The notes under the pieces: generated by a model
The model's input: only the letters and a program-made list of their open reading frames with translations
Database searches by the model: none
What the model was told of the DNA's origin: nothing
Part shown: one piece after another, positions 26,049-29,103 of the stretch
Layout: every line of letters begins with the position of its first letter
How positions within the stretch are numbered: the first letter of the stretch is position 1
Made by a program: the position numbers and the translations under genes
Source: a virus
Lineage: Duplodnaviria; Caudoviricetes
IMG/VR virus record: IMGVR_UViG_3300017766_005678
Span: 1-29,103 of that record
Direction: 5' to 3' (one strand)
Length of the DNA stretch: 29,103 nt

Positions 26049-26077
26049 TGATGTCTAAGAAAATCCGCATTGTCGCT

Positions 26078-26084
26078 ATATTTA
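26078..26084 (+). promoter_or_regulatory. Putative late-promoter-like motif (T)ATATTTA driving scaffold and capsid genes
   Basis: Intergenic, 19 nt before ATG 26104, followed by a GAGG SD; TATATTTA matches the T4 late promoter TATAAATA at 6 of 8 positions. Confidence 0.55.
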
Positions 26085-26103
26085 CGAGTCGAGGCACTGA
26101 TCG

Positions 26104-27738
26104 ATGACTAGCAGCCTATTCCAGGAAGCGCTTGCTGATGCAAAGCAGCTCAGGGAAGTTGCTGAGCAGAACGCAAAGAATGCAATCATTGAGGCTGTCA
26201 CTCCCAAGATCAGGAAGTTCATTGAGGATCAGCTTCTTGAGGGAACGCATGCCAAGGTGTCCGATCTTGAAGAGGATTCCGCGGCTGATGAAATTGATCT
26301 CACAGTGGACGGTGGAGACGCTGTTGACAAGGCAGGATCCACCGAGGATTTGGCGGAGAGAGTTCAGCTCATGAGGGCCATGGCCCGAGTGGTTGAGGGG
26401 CTCTCGCCCGAGGAGAGTGCATCTCTTCTTCCCGTCGTGGAGAAGATGAGAGGCGCCTCAAAGCCTGGTCCCGCAGGAATTCGCCGTGCGGTACCGTCTG
26501 ACGTGAGATCCACTCACATCGTTAAGGAGAACGCTGCAATGCAGGGCAAGAACAAGATGTACGAGGTTGATCTCGACGAGCTCATGTCGGACGAGATCGC
26601 AACAGGTGACGAGGGCATGGAGTACGAGGGTCACTATCCCGGACACGCCGAGGATGAGGGCACTGAGGACGCGATGATGGAGGACGAGATGGCCGACCTC
26701 TACGAGTCCCTCTCCGCTCTCTTTGAGGCTGACGATGAGGAGGGTGACACTCCCGTTGAGCCCACTGGCGACGAGGAAGAGGACGAGGAGCCCGCCGATG
26801 ACGAGGGTGACGCAGGCGGCCTCGAGGCCTCTGAGGAGGGCGCGTCAGGCGTTCACGCAGAGATCGCGGACGTAAAGAATGAGCTCGACGACATCAAGGG
26901 CATGCTTGAGCAGCTCCTCTCATCGATGTCAGCTGAGGCCGCACCTCCCGCACCCGAGATGGCTCCTCCCGCTGACGACATGGGCCCACCTCCCGCTCCT
27001 CCCGCAGGCGGCGAGATGCCCCCAGGTGCAGCTCCCTCTCCCTCTGAGCGCGTCTACCGCGTCAATGAGGCAGCTCTCATGAGAGAGCTCGCCGCACTTC
27101 GCGAGGGCAAGTCCGCTCTTGGCACTGGCAACAAGCCCGCCAAGAGGGTCACAGGTGCTCTTCCCGAGGCTGTTGCCGAGGATGAGGACATGGGCATGGG
27201 GCTTGATGAGCTCGCCGATGAGTTTGAGGGTGATCCCACCGCCGAGGGCAAGAACGGCGGCAAGATGCCCGCTCACACTAAGGGCCACGGCCCAGGCAAA
27301 TCCGCTCCGTTCTCGGAGACGGCTAAGGTAAAGGTCATGAAGGAGAATCGTGACCTCAAGGTTAGCTTGGCGAAGCACGCTGAGGCCATTGAAAGCCTCC
27401 GCGGGCAGCTCACCGAGATGAACCTGTTCAATGCTAAGCTTCTGTACGTGAATAGGCTCCTCCAGGACCGCGACCTCTCCGACGCGCAGCGCCGGAACAT
27501 CATCGAGTCTCTCGATCGCGCCCAGAGCCTGCGTGAGGTGAAGCTTCTCTACAAGGGTCTCACTGAGTCGATCGGCCGCAGCCGCTCCGGCAAGGCGAAG
27601 CCCGAGGTGGTCTCTGAGTCCGTTAACCGCGGCTTCAGCCCAACATCGCGTCCTCTCAGCACATCAGGCGTTCGCATGAACGAGGCGGTTGAGGTTCACC
27701 GTTGGGCAGTTCTCGCTGGAATCAACTCAAAGGCCTAA
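26104..27738 (+). CDS. Prohead scaffolding/core protein (positional and compositional equivalent of T4 gp22)
   Basis: Directly upstream of the capsid gene; helical N-terminus, very acidic and Pro-rich middle, C-terminal coiled coil (EMNLFNAKLLYVNRLL) ending RWAVLAGI. Confidence 0.75.
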   Translation: MTSSLFQEALADAKQLREVAEQNAKNAIIEAVTPKIRKFIEDQLLEGTHAKVSDLEEDSAADEIDLTVDGGDAVDKAGSTEDLAERVQLMRAMARVVEGLSPEESASLLPVVEKMRGASKPGPAGIRRAVPSDVRSTHIVKENAAMQGKNKMYEVDLDELMSDEIATGDEGMEYEGHYPGHAEDEGTEDAMMEDEMADLYESLSALFEADDEEGDTPVEPTGDEEEDEEPADDEGDAGGLEASEEGASGVHAEIADVKNELDDIKGMLEQLLSSMSAEAAPPAPEMAPPADDMGPPPAPPAGGEMPPGAAPSPSERVYRVNEAALMRELAALREGKSALGTGNKPAKRVTGALPEAVAEDEDMGMGLDELADEFEGDPTAEGKNGGKMPAHTKGHGPGKSAPFSETAKVKVMKENRDLKVSLAKHAEAIESLRGQLTEMNLFNAKLLYVNRLLQDRDLSDAQRRNIIESLDRAQSLREVKLLYKGLTESIGRSRSGKAKPEVVSESVNRGFSPTSRPLSTSGVRMNEAVEVHRWAVLAGINSKA

Positions 27739-27774
27739 GTCACCCATCACCACTGACAGTCAGGAGAAAACATC

Positions 27775-29103
27775 ATGAGCAGATCATTCTCGCTTGAGCA
27801 GCTCTCTGAGGGCATCAAGCAGCGCCACCTTGGCACAGTCAACAAGCGTCTCGTTGAGAAGTGGAACCGCACAGGCCTCCTCCGCGGCCTCGAGGGACAG
27901 CGTCGCGAGAACATGGCCTCTCTCCTTGAGAACCAGGCCTCGCAGCTCCTCCGCGAGTTCAACAGCATCGGCACCGGCGGCGGCTCCTCATCAGAGTCCG
28001 GCGACCTCCGCGGCTTCACCAACATCGCGTTCCCCATCGTTCGTCGTGTGTTCGGCGGCCTCGTGGCCAACGAGCTCGTGTCGATCCAGCCGATGAGCCT
28101 CCCCTCGGGGCTGCTCTTCTACCTGGACTACACCTACGGCAACAACGTGGGTGGTGACGGCGGGACCAACGCGGCGACCTACGCCGCTGGCCAGTCGATC
28201 TACAACAGCCCCACTGGCAAGGGCATCCAGAGCGGCTCTCTCGCCGTGGGCGGCCAGTACGACCTCGTCGGCACCTCCTTCACCAAGGTCCACACGACCT
28301 CGAAGGGTGCCAACCTCAAGGTCCTCGAGCGCGGTGCGTTCGGCGCCAACGGCGTCATCACAACCGGTCTGAAGGCCTTCGCGACGGGCTCCGACGCCAA
28401 GTACCTCCAGTTCGACCCGCAGCTCACGACCCTCATCGAGGAAGACGCTGGCACCACGGGCGTCCTTGACGCCGCTGGCCAGTTCCAGTTCCTCATCCTG
28501 GACGCGAGCTCCACGTCGTACCTCACAGCTATCGACACGACCAACGTCAAGTCCCTTGCGCTCTTCACGGACTCCACGGGTCCGAGCACGGGCCTCGGCG
28601 TTATCCCCCAGACGGTCCAGGGCGGCAGCAACATCCTCAACGTTCGTCGTCTCACCCAGCTCGGCACCTTCCAGAACGGCCTCTTCACGCCCGACCCGCT
28701 CGTCACGGTCGGCACCGCGAACGCTGCCATTCTGACGGTCGTCTCAGGCGCGTACGGTCCTGCCGCTGGCTCAACCAACAACGCCTCGCTCCTCACCGCC
28801 TCGTACGCCAAGGCCGACTCCTTCAGCGCGAACAGCACTGACGGCTCAGCCCTGACCGTTCCGGTGTTCGAGTCGGACTTCAGCACCTCCAACCCCTCGC
28901 CGACCATCCCCGAGATCGACATCAAGATTGAGTCGATCGCGGTCACCGCGACGACCCGCAAGCTCCGCGCTCGCTGGTCTCCGGAGCTCGCTCAGGACCT
29001 GAACGCCTACCACAGCCTCGACGCTGAGGTGGAGCTCACTCAGATCCTCTCCGAGCAGATCGCGCTCGAGATCGACCGTGAGATCCTCAACGACCTCCTC
29101 ACC
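27775..29103 (+). CDS. gp23: Major capsid protein (T4 gp23-like), 3'-truncated; absent from the ORF track
   Basis: AGGAG SD at 27762-27766 and ATG 27775, open to the window end (443 codons). Manual translation gives LVEKW, LLENQ, FPIVRRVF, VSIQPMSLPSGLLFYL and IPEIDIKIESIAVTATTRKLRARWSPELAQDLNAYHSLDAEVELTQILSEQIALEIDREIL. Confidence 0.96.
   Translation, partial: MSRSFSLEQLSEGIKQRHLGTVNKRLVEKWNRTGLLRGLEGQRRENMASLLENQASQLLREFNSIGTGGGSSSESGDLRGFTNIAFPIVRRVFGGLVANELVSIQPMSLPSGLLFYLDYTYGNNVGGDGGTNAATYAAGQSIYNSPTGKGIQSGSLAVGGQYDLVGTSFTKVHTTSKGANLKVLERGAFGANGVITTGLKAFATGSDAKYLQFDPQLTTLIEEDAGTTGVLDAAGQFQFLILDASSTSYLTAIDTTNVKSLALFTDSTGPSTGLGVIPQTVQGGSNILNVRRLTQLGTFQNGLFTPDPLVTVGTANAAILTVVSGAYGPAAGSTNNASLLTASYAKADSFSANSTDGSALTVPVFESDFSTSNPSPTIPEIDIKIESIAVTATTRKLRARWSPELAQDLNAYHSLDAEVELTQILSEQIALEIDREILNDLLT

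Noticed and set aside
24-27503. Many 60-180-aa ORFs antisense to or nested within the main genes
   Set aside because: They overlap well-supported genes and show no recognisable motifs; expected by chance at this GC content.
28200-28961. 253-aa minus-strand ORF and other short ORFs in 27747-28735
   Set aside because: Shadow ORFs of the strongly codon-biased capsid gene, which occupies the plus strand with clear gp23 motifs.
1-29103. CRISPR arrays, tRNA/rRNA genes, introns, inteins, transposases or integrases
   Set aside because: Intergenic gaps are at most about 70 bp, no repeat-spacer pattern was seen, and TerL, portal, primase and protease are uninterrupted with no intein-sized inserts.

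Overview
This window is a gene-dense segment of a large, distantly T4-related (T4-supergroup-type head module) tailed dsDNA phage genome read in the standard genetic code. (1) Bases 1-13460 hold large uncharacterised, probably virion tail/baseplate proteins with FN3-like, LamG-like and tail-fibre-anchor-like motifs; three of these genes lie on the minus strand. (2) Bases 13460-18386 form a DNA-processing block: a RuvC-like resolvase, a Zn-finger/TOPRIM primase, a single-chain Mre11(SbcD)-Rad50(SbcC) fusion and a small Cys-rich protein. (3) Bases 18390-29103 form a head module: terminase large subunit, gp20-like portal, gp21-like prohead protease, several probable core proteins, a gp22-like scaffold and a gp23-like major capsid protein. 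The capsid gene starts at 27775, runs off the window and is missing from the ORF track. The most interesting signals are an apparently split tail-fibre-anchor (DUF3751-like) domain spread over three genes, an Mre11-Rad50 fusion with a non-canonical CX6C hook and a nuclease insertion, a degenerate NTA-NN-TA late-promoter-like motif, and probable leaderless transcripts. All family calls are by-eye motif recognition; no searches were run.
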